DNA of 64,000 bases from the human T2T-CHM13v2.0 reference genome, Homo sapiens, in assembly GCF_009914755.1 (NCBI RefSeq), contig NC_060926.1. The stretch is one strand, 5' to 3'. The notes beneath the pieces were generated by a model. The model worked only from the letters and a program-made list of their open reading frames with translations. It was not told where the DNA came from and did not search any database. Below, piece by piece: positions 44,807-62,070 of the stretch; position 1 is the stretch's first letter; the number at the start of each line of letters is the position of its first letter. The translations under genes were made by a program, and so were the position numbers.

Positions 44807-45830
44807 ATGAGGAAGAATCAACAAAAAAACGCTGAAAACCCATAAGGCCAGAGTGCCTCTTCTCCTCCAAATTATTGCAACGCCTCTCCAGCAAGAGCAC
44901 AGAACTGGATGGAGGAAGACAGACAGATGAATTGACAGAAGTAGACTTCAGAAGATGGGTAATAACAAACTCCACTGAGCTAAAGGAGTATGTTCTAACC
45001 CAATGCAAGAAGCTAAGAAACTTGATAAAAGTTAGAGGAGCTGCTAACTAGAATAACTAGTTTAGAGAGGAATATAAATGACCTGATGGAGCTGAAAACA
45101 CAGCATGAGAACTTTGTAATGCATACACAAGTATCAATAGCCAAATTGATAAAGCAGAAGAATGGATATCAGAGCTTGAAGACCACCTTGCTCAAATAAG
45201 GCATGCCGACAAGATTAGAGAAAAAAGAATAAAAAGGAACGAACAAAGCCTCTGAGAAATATGTGATTACATAAAAAGACCAAACCTATGATTGACTGGA
45301 GCACCTGAAGGAGACAGGGAGAATGGAAACAAGCTGGAAAACACACTTCAGGATATTATCCAGGAGAACTTCCCCAACCTAGCAAGACAGGCCAACATTC
45401 AAATTGAGGAAATACAGAGAGCACAACTAAGATACTCCATGAGAAGTTCAACCCCAAGACACAGAATCATCAGATTCTCCAAAGTCAAAATGAAGGAAAA
45501 AATGTTAAGGGCAGCCAGAGACAAAGGCCAGGTCATCTGCAAAGGGAAGCCCATCAGACTAACAGCAGACCTCTCAGCAGAAACCCTAAAGCCGGAAGAG
45601 AGTGGGGGCCAATATTCAACATTCTCAAAGAAAACCATTTTCAACCCAGAGTTTTATATCCAGCCAAACTAAGTTTCATAAGCAAAAGAGAAATCAAATT
45701 TTTCCCAGACAAGCAAATGCTGAAGGATGTCATCAGCACCAGGCCTGCCTTGCAAGAGCTCCTGAAGAAAGCACTAAACATGGAAAGGAAATATCACTAC
45801 CAGCCACTGCAAAAACACACCAAAACAAAA
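44807..45830 (+). pseudogene. L1 ORF1p remnant (frameshifted)
   Basis: Peptide ENGNKLENTLQDIIQENFPNLARQANIQI...TPRHRIIRFSKV...GKPIRLTADLSAETL. Confidence 0.9.
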
Positions 45831-45892
45831 AGAACAATGAATCTTTGAAGAAACATCAACATCAACTAGCAAAGTAACCAGATAGCATCATG

Positions 45893-49679
<3,787 letters not shown>

Positions 49680-50169
49680 ACAGTGAGAACACATGGACAC
49701 AGGGAGGGGAACAACACACATCAGGGCCTGTAGGGGGTGAGGGGAGGGAACCTAGAGGACGGGTCAACAGGTGCAGCAAGCCACCATGGCACACGTACAC
49801 CTATGTAGCATACCTGCAGGTTCGGTACATATATCCTGGAACTTAAAGTAAAATAAAATAAAGGATCAACCTTTTAAGCAATTAAAAACAGAACAGCAAA
49901 ATGAACATAATAATTGTAGGAGAAATAAAATAGAAAAGAAAAACAAAATAATTAATTTCAAAGTAATAAAAAAAGTAAAATTAGTGCACAATTTTAAAAG
50001 CTGTTTTTCCATTTGTTGTTTCAAAGCCCAAGAAATAGAAGAGAGCCACACGTCTCCAAAGCATAAGCTTCACTTCTAGACCTGGTGTTTCCAGATATTC
50101 CAGGTGCCTCAATATATTGGAGCAGTTATTTAGTAAGTTGATTTGGAAAAAACAGCCACATGGAAGAGC

Positions 50170-50172
<3 letters not shown>

Positions 50173-50208
<36 letters not shown>
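50173..50208. repeat. (GT)18 microsatellite
   Basis: Read directly. Confidence 0.97.
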
Positions 50209-50209
<1 letters not shown>

Positions 50210-50244
50210 TGTGCCTGTGTCTGTGTCTCTGTCTGTTTCCTCCA

Positions 50245-50834
50245 TGTTTTTGTTTGTTTACTTATTCAACAAATAAAGTTCATATATTTATGGTATACAA
50301 CATGATGTTTTAAAATATGTATACATCACAACATTTCTAAATCAAGCTAATTAACATATGCCTTACCTCACATACTTGTTTTTTTGTGGTGAGAACACTT
50401 AAAATCATCTTTTAGATATTTTCAAGAATACTATACATTGTTATTAACTACAGTCACCATGTTGTACAATAGATATTTTGAATTTATTACTCCTGTCTTA
50501 CTGAAATTTTGTATTTTTTGACCAACAACCCAGCAATCCCTACCCTGGCCCCCACCAATCCCTGGTAACCACAATTCTGTACTCTCTGCTTCTAAGTGTT
50601 CAACTTTTTTAGATTTAACATATAACTGAGATAATGTTGTATTTGTCTTTCTATGCCTACATTATTTCACTTATTATCCCACAGATTCATTCATGTTGTC
50701 ACAAACGACAGGATTTCTTCCCTTTTTAAAGCTGAATGGTATTACATTGTGTATATATACTACAATCTCTGTATCCATTCATTTTTTGATAAACAATTAG
50801 GTTGATTCCACATCTTGACTGTTGTGAGCAATGT
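50245..50834 (-). mobile_element. L1MA 3' end
   Basis: atatatttatggtatacaacatgatgtttt...aaatcaagctaattaacatatgc...gtggtgagaacacttaaaatc...aggttgattccacatcttg. Confidence 0.88.
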
Positions 50835-51259
50835 GTTTTATCTCCCAGCTCACCACTATTGCTTTAGAGAACACTTTGCATTTCTGGTGAAATAAATCCT
50901 GTGCATACCTTCAACCACCTGCAAGACACCCTCCCCTTGAGAAGGGTGGCCCAAGATGAGCATGAGAAACACCCAGAGTCTCTTGTGGCTACATATCAAA
51001 ATTTCTGGATTATTTTGTCACCATACACCAAAATTTTAGGTTTATTATTTTGGAGTGATAGTGCAAAAGGAACTAATGGAATTCAGAAAACCCAACTTTC
51101 TTTTGATTCACATGAATGTATTTTAGCCTATTTTATTATTTTACTCAATATATTTGTGTCTTTATGTTTAAAGTACACTTACAGTAGGCAGCAAAATGTT
51201 GGATCTTGCTTTTTTTATACAAGCTGAAAATCTCTGCCTTTTCATTAGGGCATTTAGAT

Positions 51260-51450
51260 TGGGACTCTGGAACCTGTGACTAGTGGGGGAAAATGTGGCC
51301 TGTTGGCCAAATCCAGCCAGCACCTATGCAGTTACACATCATCTATGGCTGTTTTGGGGCTCCAATGGTGGAGTTTATTTGTTGCCACATGGCCTGCAGA
51401 GCCTAAAATATCCTACTTGATCCTTTACAGAGAAAGTTTGCTGACCTCTG
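51260..51450 (+). mobile_element. MER58A-like hAT-Charlie element
   Basis: ggccaaatccagcc...atggcctgcagagcctaaaata...cctttacagagaaagtttgctgacctctg; 8-bp TSD atttagat / gtttacat. Confidence 0.85.
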
Positions 51451-52310
51451 GTTTACATTTAATTGGATTCTTGAGTTGATTAAGTCAATAATTTCACTCT
51501 TCATTTTCTATTTGGCCTACTGTTATTTGTGCTCTTTCCTTTTATTTCTGTTTTTTCCTTTTTTGGATTAAGCATTTTCATGGTTTCAATTTATATCCTT
51601 TCTTAGCTTGTTAGCTATGCCTTCTTTGAGTTGTTATTTTTAAAGTGATTGAGGTTTATTTTATATATATCTTTAACTTATCACAGCCTACTTTTAAATG
51701 ATATACAGTTTCACTTATATTATCAAACCCTTACGATAGTATACCTCCATGTGTCACTTTCTGGCCTTTATGTTTTATGTATGTTATAAACCCGATGACA
51801 GATCGTTATAATTTTCACTTAAAGAGTGAATTATCCTTTGTAGAAATTTAATACTAAGAAAAAGATTGTGCACATTTACTCATGTAGTTATCATTCCTGG
51901 TATTTTTCAATATACATATTTTTTATCATTTTCCTACTCTTCAAAGGTTTTCCTTGAACATTATTTGCACTGCAGGTTTCTGAGTGATGAATGCTTATGC
52001 TTTGTATGTCTGAAAAGCCTTTATGTTCCCTTCATATTAAAAGATATTTTCCCCCAGTAAAGAGTTCTCAGTTGACAAGGTATGTGTGAGCGTGTGCGTA
52101 TGTGTGTGTATGCAGGTGTGTGGTGTAATAAAGTTGTTGCACCACTGTCTTTTGTATATTATTTCAGATGAAAAATCTGCATCATCTTTATTGTAGTCCT
52201 TTAATATAGTATGTCTTCTTTCTCTGGCTGCTTTTAAGTTTTTCCTCTTTTTTGCCTCTAAACAATTTGATTGTCAGGTTCCTTAGTGTAGTATTTTTAA
52301 AATATTTATT

Positions 52311-52683
<373 letters not shown>

Positions 52684-53770
52684 TTATCAAGCTTAAAGTG
52701 AAATTATAAATATTACCATCAACTTTGGAAAATCTTGTGCCAATATTTCTTCAATTAAGTTTTCTGTCCCCTCGTCTCTTCTCTCCTTTAGGGACCCTAA
52801 TTACATGTATATTAGACTGCTTGGTGTTGACTTAGAGTTCACAGATGCTCTGTTTACTTTAGTTCAATCCTTTTTCTCTTTTTAAATTGTGGCTACTTTG
52901 TATTGTTGTGTCTTCAAATTCACTATTTAGTTATTGTCCACATTGTTTAATGTCATTAATTTTACATGGTATATTTTTACTGAAAATATTATAATTTTCA
53001 TTGTTAAAAAGTTGATTTGGGCCTTCTCATATTTTTATGTCCTTATTTAACATGCTCAGTTTTTTCTCTAGCTTTGTGAACATGTGGCATATAGTTGTAA
53101 ATACTGCTTAATGTCTTTTTATACTAATTCTATCATTGGTGTCTCACATTGACTCTGTTTTTTCTCATTCAGTTGTTTTTTCCTTCTTCTTTGCATAGCT
53201 GGTAATTTATATTAGATGTGAGATATTGAAAATTTTACCTAATTAGGTGCTAGATGTATACTTTTAATTCCTATAGATATTCCTGAGCTTTGTTCAGGGA
53301 TGTTTTTAAGTTACTAGAAAATGTTTGATCCTTTTGAATCTTCCTCTTGGGACTTTTTGAGCAAGATCAGAAGAGCATGTAATCTAGAGCTATTATTTTC
53401 ACTACTGGGGTAAGATACTTCCTTATATTCTATCTATTACCCTATGAATTTTTAATTTTTTCCAGTCTGGCTTGTGGGAATAAGTGGTATTCCTGGCTCT
53501 ATCTGAGCCTCAGGAATTAGTCCTTCTATTGCTTTCAGAAGCTTCTTTTCTGGGCCTTATATATTTTCCTCACACATGTGCAGTCATCATTACTCAGCTG
53601 AACCCTTACGGAGGACTCTTTTTAGGACTCCAGAAGTTTTCCTCTGTGAAGCTATCTTAACTTTGGTATTCTGTCTTGTGAATTCTTGCTGCCTTGGCCT
53701 TTTGAAATGCCCAGCTCCTTAAGGAGACTGCTAGGCTAATCCTGAATCTTTTCTCCCCACACTAATCTGA

Positions 53771-54207
<437 letters not shown>

Positions 54208-54796
54208 ACATCATTTATTTTTAATAACTCAGAGAACACTAACCTTTGTAGCCTGATTGTCTTACATCTTGAAAAACATTATTATGTCTATCTTGTCTAT
54301 AATTTAGTTCTTTCAGGCAGGAGAATAAATCTGGTTCATGTCACTCAATCAGAGCCAGCCAGCCAAGTTTTGCTACCTAGCATTTACATCTTCATATAAT
54401 TGTTAGGAGGAGTTTTGTTCTGTTTGATGAAAACAACAGAAGTTGGCAGAGAATTTATTAGAATTCCATCAAATCCGTAGATAAATTTGAGTTATACTGA
54501 CGTTTTTGTTAAGTTGAATAGGAAAACTCTTTTTTCCTAGGGTTTTTATCCAAGTGTTAGCTATGAGAGTTCTTGGCTTGTTCCTGGGCAAAGCCATGAG
54601 AAAAAAAAATACCAAGAAACCTCATCCATGTACTGTTTCCCTCAAGTTTTGACACCTTCTTTTGTTCACTTTTCACAGTCTTTAGGCAATTGTATTTTTT
54701 ATTTTGTTCATAGTGTATAATTTTCTAAAGCTGAAGATATGAGTAAAAGGGTATTTACTTAGCCTTTTACTTTTTACTTTTAACATTTTACTTTTT

Positions 54797-57700
54797 AGAT
54801 TTTTTAACAGAAACCTTACAAACCAGAGAAGATTGAGAACCTATTTTTCAAGATCTTTAAACAGCAGAAATTCCAACCAAGAATTTCATAACCCACCAAA
54901 CAAAGCTCATGAGCAAAGGAGAAATGAAATACTTTTCAGAAAAACAAATGCTAAGATAATTAGTTACCAGTAGACTTGCCTTACAAGAGGTCCTGAAGGA
55001 AGTGCAAAACAGGGATATGAAAGAATGATAACTGCCACCACATAAACAAACTTAAGCACATATACCCTTGACACCATAAGCAACTACATAATCAAGTCTA
55101 CATAATAACCAGAAAACAGCACGATGACAGGATCAAATCTTCACATATCAACATTGATCCTGGATGTAAATGTGCTAAATGTTACACTTAAAAAGACAGA
55201 GTGGCAAGTTGGATACAGAAGGAAGACCCAACTGACTGCTGTCTTCAAGAGACCCATCTCACAAGTAATGACATCCATAGACTCAAAGTAAAGGAATGGA
55301 AAAAGATTTATTAGGCAAACAGAAAACAAAAAGAGAGCAGGAATTGCTATTTTTATATGAGATAAAACAGACATTACATCAACAATGACCAAAAAGGACA
55401 AAAAAAAGAGAGCATTGAACAATAATAAAGAAATCAATCCAATTGGAAGATTTAATCATTCTAAATATATACACACCCAACATTGGAGCACTCAGATTCA
55501 TAAAACAAGATCTTAGAGATCTATGAAAAGATTTGGACAACCAAACAATAATACTAATACTTCAACACCCCACTGACAGTGCTGTACAGATCATCGAGGC
55601 AAAAAACTGAGAAAAATATTCTAGACTTAAACTTTACACTTGACCAATTGGACCTAATACACATCTACAGAACGCTCCACCCAACAACCACAGAATATAC
55701 ACCCTTCTCATCTGCACGTGGTAAATACTCTAAGATTTACCACATGCTTAACCATAAAGCAAGCCTCAACAGATTGAAAAATATCAAATCAAAGTCATAC
55801 TAATCCCACTCTCAGACCACAGTGCAATAAAAACAGAAATCAATACCAAGAAGACCTATCAAAACCTTACAATAAAATGGAAGTTAATGTCTTTCCAAAT
55901 GAGTTGGGTAAATAACAAAATTAAGGCGAAAAGTCAAAAAGTTATTTGAAACTAATAAAAACAGAGACACAACATACCAGAATCTTGGGGAAACAGCTAA
56001 AGCAGTGTTAAAAGGAAAGTTTATAGCACTACACGCCTACATCCAGGAGTTGAAAAGATCTTAAATTAACAACCTAATGTTCTACCCAGAGGAAATAAAA
56101 AAGCAAGAGCAGACCAAACTGAAAGCTAGCAAAGGAAAAGAAATAGCCAAACTCAGAGCAGAACTGAACAAAATTGAGTAATGACACCCATAGACTCAAA
56201 GCAAAGGGTGGAGATGCAAAAAATTCATTTAAAATTCAATGAAACTAAAAGTCTTATTGGTTTCTTCAAAAGATTAAACAAAATGGATAGACCACTAGCT
56301 AGATTCATGAAAAAAAGAGAGAAGATTTAAATAAACACAATTGGAAAAAACAAAGGCAACATTACAGACAATCCCACGGAAATACAAGAAATCCTCAGAG
56401 ACTATTATAAACACCTCTATGCACAGAAACTGGAAAACCTGGAAGAAATTGGTAAATTCCTGGAAATACACAGCCTCCCAAGATTGAACCAGCAAGAAAA
56501 TAAAATCCTGAAAAGACCAATAAAAAGTTCTGAAATTGAATCACTAATAACAAGCCTACCAAACCAAAAAAGTGCTGCACCAGTTGGATTCGCATCCTAA
56601 TTCTACCAGACATACATAGAAGTGCTAGTACCAAACATATTATATTATTTCAAAGAATCGATGAAGGAACTCCTCCCTAACTCATTCTAAAAAACCAAAG
56701 CCCAGCAGAGACACAACAAAATATAAAACTTTAACCAATATCTCTGATGAACATAGGTGCAAAAATCCTAAACAAAATACTAGCAAATGGAATCCAGCAG
56801 CACATTCAAAAGTTAATTCACCACAATCGAGTAAAGTTTATTCCTAGGATGTTTGCATGTGTTTCTTCAACATACATAAACCAATAAATTTGATTCACTA
56901 CATAAATTGGTATTAACAAAAAAAAGATCAGATGATTATCGCAATAGACACAGAAAAGGTCTTTGATAAAATTCAACATTCTTTTATATTAAAAACCCTC
57001 AGCAAATTAAGGTTTGAAAGAATATACATTAATAAGAGTCATCCATGACAAACCCACAGCCAACATCATACTGAATGAGCAAATTGGAACAAGACAAGGA
57101 TCTGCATTCTCACCACTCTTTTTCAACATAGTACTGGAAGTCCTAGCCTGAGCATTCAGGCAAGAGAAAAAAATAAAAGGCATTCAAAAAGGAAGAGAAG
57201 AAAGAAGTCAAACTATCTCTCTTTACAGATTATATAATTCTGTCTCTAGAAAACCCTCCCATATACTCTGCCAGAAGGCTTCTAGAACAAATAATCAACT
57301 TCAGTAAAGTTTCAGGATACAAAATAAGTAACGTACAAAAATTAAGTAGCATTACTATACATCAGTAACTTCCAAGCTCAGAGCCAAATAAAGAGTGCAA
57401 TTTCATTTACAATAGCCACAAAAATAATAAAATACTTAGGAATACAGCTTACCAAGGAAGTTAAAGATCTCGGCAATGAGAATTACAAAACACTGCTGAA
57501 AGAAAACAAAGATGATAAAAACAAATTGGAAAGCATTCCATGCTAATGGATAGGAAGAATCAAGATTGTTAAAATTGCCATACTGCCCAAAGCAATTTAC
57601 AAATGAAATGCTATTCCTATCAAACTAACATCATTTTTTACAGAATTAGAAAAAAAATTCTAAAATTCATATAGAATAAAATTCATATAGAATGAATAAA

Positions 57701-58675
57701 ATTCATATAGAATGAATACAGAATAAAATTCATATAGAATGAATTTTAGAAAATTCTAAAATTCATATAGAATGAAAAAAATTCTAAAATTCATATAAAA
57801 TTCATACAGAATGAATGAAATATAGAATGCCCAAATTGTCAAAGCAATCTTAAGCAAAAAGAAAAAAGTCAGACAGATCACACTATCTGACTTCAAACTA
57901 TACTGCAAGGCTACAAAGCAGCATGGAACTGGTACAAAAACAGACATAGAGACCAATTAAACAAGATGGAGAACTCAGAAATAAAGCCACACACCTACAA
58001 CCACCTGATCTTCAACAGATTAAACAATAACAAAGAATAGAGAAAGGAGTCCCTATTCAATAAATGATCCTGGGATAAATGACTTGCCACATGCAGAAGA
58101 TTGAAACTGGACTGCTTCCTCTAACAATATACAAAAATTTACTGAATATGGATAAAAGACTTAAATGTTAATACCTACAACAATAAAAACTCTAGAAGAA
58201 AGCCTATGAAATACCATTCTGGATGCTGGCTTTGGGAAAAAATTTATTACTAAGTCTCCAGAAGGAATTGCAAAAAAACCCAAAAATTCACAAGTGGCAC
58301 CTAATTTAACTAGAGAGCTTCTGTCCAGCAAAAGAAACTATCAACAAACAGACAACTTACTGAATGGAAAAAAAAATTTGCAAACTATACATGTGACAAT
58401 GGTCTAATATCCAGAATCTATAAGGAAATTAAATCAGCAAGCAAAAAACAAACAAAAAACCTCATTGAAGAATGGGCAAATGACATCAACAGACACTTTT
58501 CAATGATGAAAAATGCCCATCATCAGTAATCATTAGAGAAATGCAAATCAAAACCACAATGAGATACTATCATCATTCAGAAAAGCTATTATTAAAAAGT
58601 CAAAAAACAACAAATGTTGGCAAGGTTGCATAGTAAAGGCAATACTTACACACTCTTGGTGGGAATGTTCAGTTT
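54797..58675 (+). mobile_element. L1PB-like fragment (end of ORF1 and most of ORF2, decayed, 3'UTR absent)
   Basis: atgacaggatcaaatcttcacatatcaacattga (ORF2 start, ~55123); gagaaatgcaaatcaaaaccacaatgagatac near the end. Confidence 0.88.
57662..57828. repeat. Irregular minisatellite derived from L1 ORF2 (AAAATTCATA x7)
   Basis: Core starts at 57662, 57678, 57698, 57725, 57758, 57786 and 57797. Confidence 0.92.
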
Positions 58676-58679
58676 AGTA

Positions 58680-59340
58680 TAGGTTTCTGACAATCAATTT
58701 TTTTGGTTTTCTTATACCTGAAATTTTAAAAAATTTTGCCTTCGCTCTTGAAAGATTTTTCATTGAATATAGGATTCTGAATTGAGAGGTTTTTTTTTTT
58801 GATCTAGCTATTTACAGATATTGTTGCACTCTTTTCTGTTGTCCATAGTATCTGATGAGAAGGCAGTTGTTAAATAGATCTCATTTTTTTTTCCCATACT
58901 TAAGATGTACTTTTCTGTGCATGTGTGATTTTGAGGATTGTCAGAAATGTGGGTAAACAGAATTTTGGTGTCTCCCTTTTCATTACTTACTTTCTAATAT
59001 CTCTTCATTACTGCCAGTGGTCTGTTTTCTAAATTTAGATATCTGGTTCCCCAGGGCAGAAATACTGTAGATATGGTTTTTGTTTTTGTTTTTATTTTTT
59101 TCCATCAGCACCCCCACTAACTGCACTTTGTACCAAAAGCATCTAAGCTCAGGTTGAAACCACAGAACTCGAACTCACTTTGTTCAACCTTCCCTCACTT
59201 TCGTCTTCCCAATCTAAGTCTGCCTGCTTCTGCTCATTTCCCAGTGCTTGTAGGTAGCTGCTTTTGTATGAAGTCCAAATGTTAGTTTTGTCTAAAAGTA
59301 GCTAATCCATATATACTTACTCTGTTATTATCAGCAGCGT
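58680..59340 (-). mobile_element. Ancient L1M ORF1/5' fragment
   Basis: cttgaaagatttttcattgaatataggattctg...tctgatgagaaggcagttg. Confidence 0.55.
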
Positions 59341-61067
59341 GTTTACTATTGAACGACATTTTGTTTTCTAATTTTACTTTCCAAAATGTTATATAGAAAA
59401 GGAATTTACTTGTTTATATTACATAAATGTGCTTGATATATATAATCATTGTTTTGTTTTGTTTTTAATTTCTTATCTTATTAAAATGTTATTTAGGAGG
59501 ATATTTTGCACTCAGGATAGTACATTTTTCTTATTTGGATGATTATTTAAATTTCTGTTATTAATTTGTGTCTGTAACACTTTCTAGTCATAGGTTACAA
59601 TGTATAAAATGCACGAATTTTTTTATATGAGAATTTATTTTATTTTAATTTGAATAAAACAAAATAAATGATTTGTTGATGTCGTATGCTAGATTAAATG
59701 ATGAAGATTTATTCTCTTTTATCAGTTCAAAATTATTAATACATTAATATCAATATTATTAACAAAATTTTCAGGTCTTATTTTCTGTGTCAGTAGCTAT
59801 ATATTATATAAATACTTGAACTTCTTTTTTTTTACTTATATCTTCACAAAAGTTTATATCTGCTTTATTGCGTGAATTTATTTCTTCAACAAATATTTAA
59901 TGTTGGTCACAAAACAAAAAAGCACTGTTCAATAAAAGGCTAAATTATCCTGTGTGTTTTATCCTATCAACAAGAAATTTCCCATTTTCTTCTATTTCTT
60001 GATTTTTTTCTGTTGACTAGTTCCTTGTTCTGATGTTAATATTTCAAATTCTATCTTACGTTAATTATTTCCAACTATTTAATTTTTTCTTTTTAATCTT
60101 ATTTCTCTCTCTTTGTCATAATAAAACATACTTAGATTTTGGTTTAAATTCAATCATTTGATTTTGCTTTTAATTAGTATGTTTGATTGATAATTGTACA
60201 GATTAATCCTATTCTAGTCAAATGCACTGAATTTTAATTCCTATTCTCTTTTAAAATTTGTCTTCAATGGATTAGTTAGTATAAATTTTACTTATTATAA
60301 AATAAAATTAATTTTAATTTTGATAATTAAATTCTTGTGAGAATGTTAAACTTTTATCTTGCTAAAAATAATTTTGATATTCTTTCAAGAAAGTGACTAA
60401 TAAAAAATTTTACAGATGGTTTATTATTCTTACAAGTTTAGTTTTATTTCTATTTCTGAATAATACTTAGCTAGATTAAAAATGACTAGCTCAATTGCAA
60501 TAAAATTTCAGTCTTTCATAATTTAAACATCAAGTGTTGTACCTTACTTTAATAAAATATCTGACAGTAACATGCTTTATTAGGCAAATAATCAATTTTT
60601 ATTCAAAATTTGAACTTTCATGTTATTGCTTTCCTTTGTTTCTTACAGAATTATTACACTATACTGCTAAATAGAGAAAATTAGAATGGCTTCATAAATA
60701 AGTCATTAAACTCACTGCATGATTATAATGGAAGTAAAGGTCATTTAGAATTAAATACTATGTATTCTCACTTAACAACAGTTACTCATTTCTACAAAAT
60801 ACCAACAAAATACTGCAAAAGCTGATTATTAAAAATTATGTAATTTTAAAAATAAGATATATTGGCCAAAATAGAATTTCTAGTTGCAATACTAAAGTTA
60901 CTAACTGCTTTCAAAAGAATTAATTTATTCATATACCATCTAGAAGTATACACATTTTCAGATGCAGATTTATGCTCCCCTCTGAATATTTTACAGAAAT
61001 ATTTCTAATCTGTTTCTTCATGTCCATGTAACTAAATTATATGTATTCGTTAAGCCCTGTTTAAAAT

Positions 61068-61350
61068 CTGATTACTCAGAGTTGTCCAAATAAATGGAAC
61101 CAATAGATATACATGTTATATATTATATTTAAGAAGAGATTTATCCTAAGGTATTGGCTCACAAGGTTATGGAGCTGAGCAGTCTTTCAATCTACCATCT
61201 GCAAGATACATACCCAGGAAAGTCAGTGGTGTAATTCAGAGATGGAAGGGCCACAGAACCTATGGTATAGATTTCAGTCTAAGTGTGAAGGTCTCACAAT
61301 GAGGAGAGCAGATTCTTAGAGAAAATCAATGCCCTATCTTAAGCAATTGG
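61068..61350 (-). mobile_element. MLT2 LTR fragment, truncated by the MER61-like provirus
   Basis: gaaccaatagatatac...gagatttatcctaaggtattggctcac...tctgcaag...cccaggaaagtcagtggtgtaattcag. Confidence 0.8.
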
Positions 61351-61360
61351 TGTTGCAGAG

Positions 61361-61704
61361 TGTTGCAGGACTTTTTCTTAGTTCATCTACAGATGGGGTC
61401 CTTTGTCCCATGGCCACTAAAATTCAGGTTTGCAGACAGTTTGAATGGTGAGTAAGACATCGTTTTATTGGGTGAAAATGGGAAAAAAGGGGGAAATAGG
61501 GATCCTCCCCAAGGCCGGAGGCCCTGCTAGTGTGCTTCCCACCTGCAGCTTGAATCCCAGGTTCCACACAGGAAGAGAAGGGGCCAGGCTCCTCCCCACT
61601 GCAAAAGGCACAAGCTTCCTGAGGCTCCACTGCAGTTCGCATTCCTCCCAATGCGCAGACTGGTTGGAGGCTTTCCGGGGAACCCCTCAGACCTGGCTGT
61701 TTCA
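61361..61704 (-). mobile_element. MER61-like ERV1 3' LTR
   Basis: Minus strand reads TGAAACAGCCAGG...AATAAA...AAGTCCTGCAACA (TG...CA ends), preceded by a polypurine tract. Confidence 0.85.
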
Positions 61705-61716
61705 TTCCCCCCTCTA
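61705..61716 (-). other. Retroviral polypurine tract
   Basis: ttcccccctct directly abuts the LTR (AGAGGGGGGAA|TG on the minus strand). Confidence 0.85.
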
Positions 61717-61757
61717 AAGAAGTACATCTAACTGCCATTAGAATAAGAATAAGGATG

Positions 61758-62070
61758 GGCCGGGCGAGGTGGCTCACGCCTGTAATCCCAGCACTTTGGG
61801 AGGCCAAGGAGGGCAGATCACGAGGTCAGGAGATGGAGACCATCCTGGCGAACACGGTGAAACCCCGTCTCTACTAAAAATACAAAAAAATTAGCCAGGC
61901 GTGGTGGCGGACGCCTGTAGTCCCAGCTACTCGGGAGGCTGAGGCAGGAGAATGGCGTGAACCCGAGAGGCGGAGCTTGCACCACTACACTCCAGCCTGG
62001 GCGACAGAGAGATCGCACCACTACACTCCAGCCTGGGCGACAGAGAGAGACTCCGTCTCAAAAAAAAAAA
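61758..62070 (+). mobile_element. AluY with a duplicated right-arm segment, inserted in the ERV
   Basis: 13-bp TSD AAGAATAAGGATG at 61745 and 62069. Confidence 0.96.

Noticed and set aside
43461-45008. Cluster of ORFs up to 176 aa on both strands
   Set aside because: They lie in the GC-rich L1 5'UTR/ORF1 start; I cannot show that any is functional or equivalent to ORF0.
57662-57828. Repeat-spacer appearance suggesting a CRISPR-like array (also 38981-39210, 15961-16016)
   Set aside because: Spacers are short, non-unique and derived from the repeat; eukaryotic context with no cas genes.
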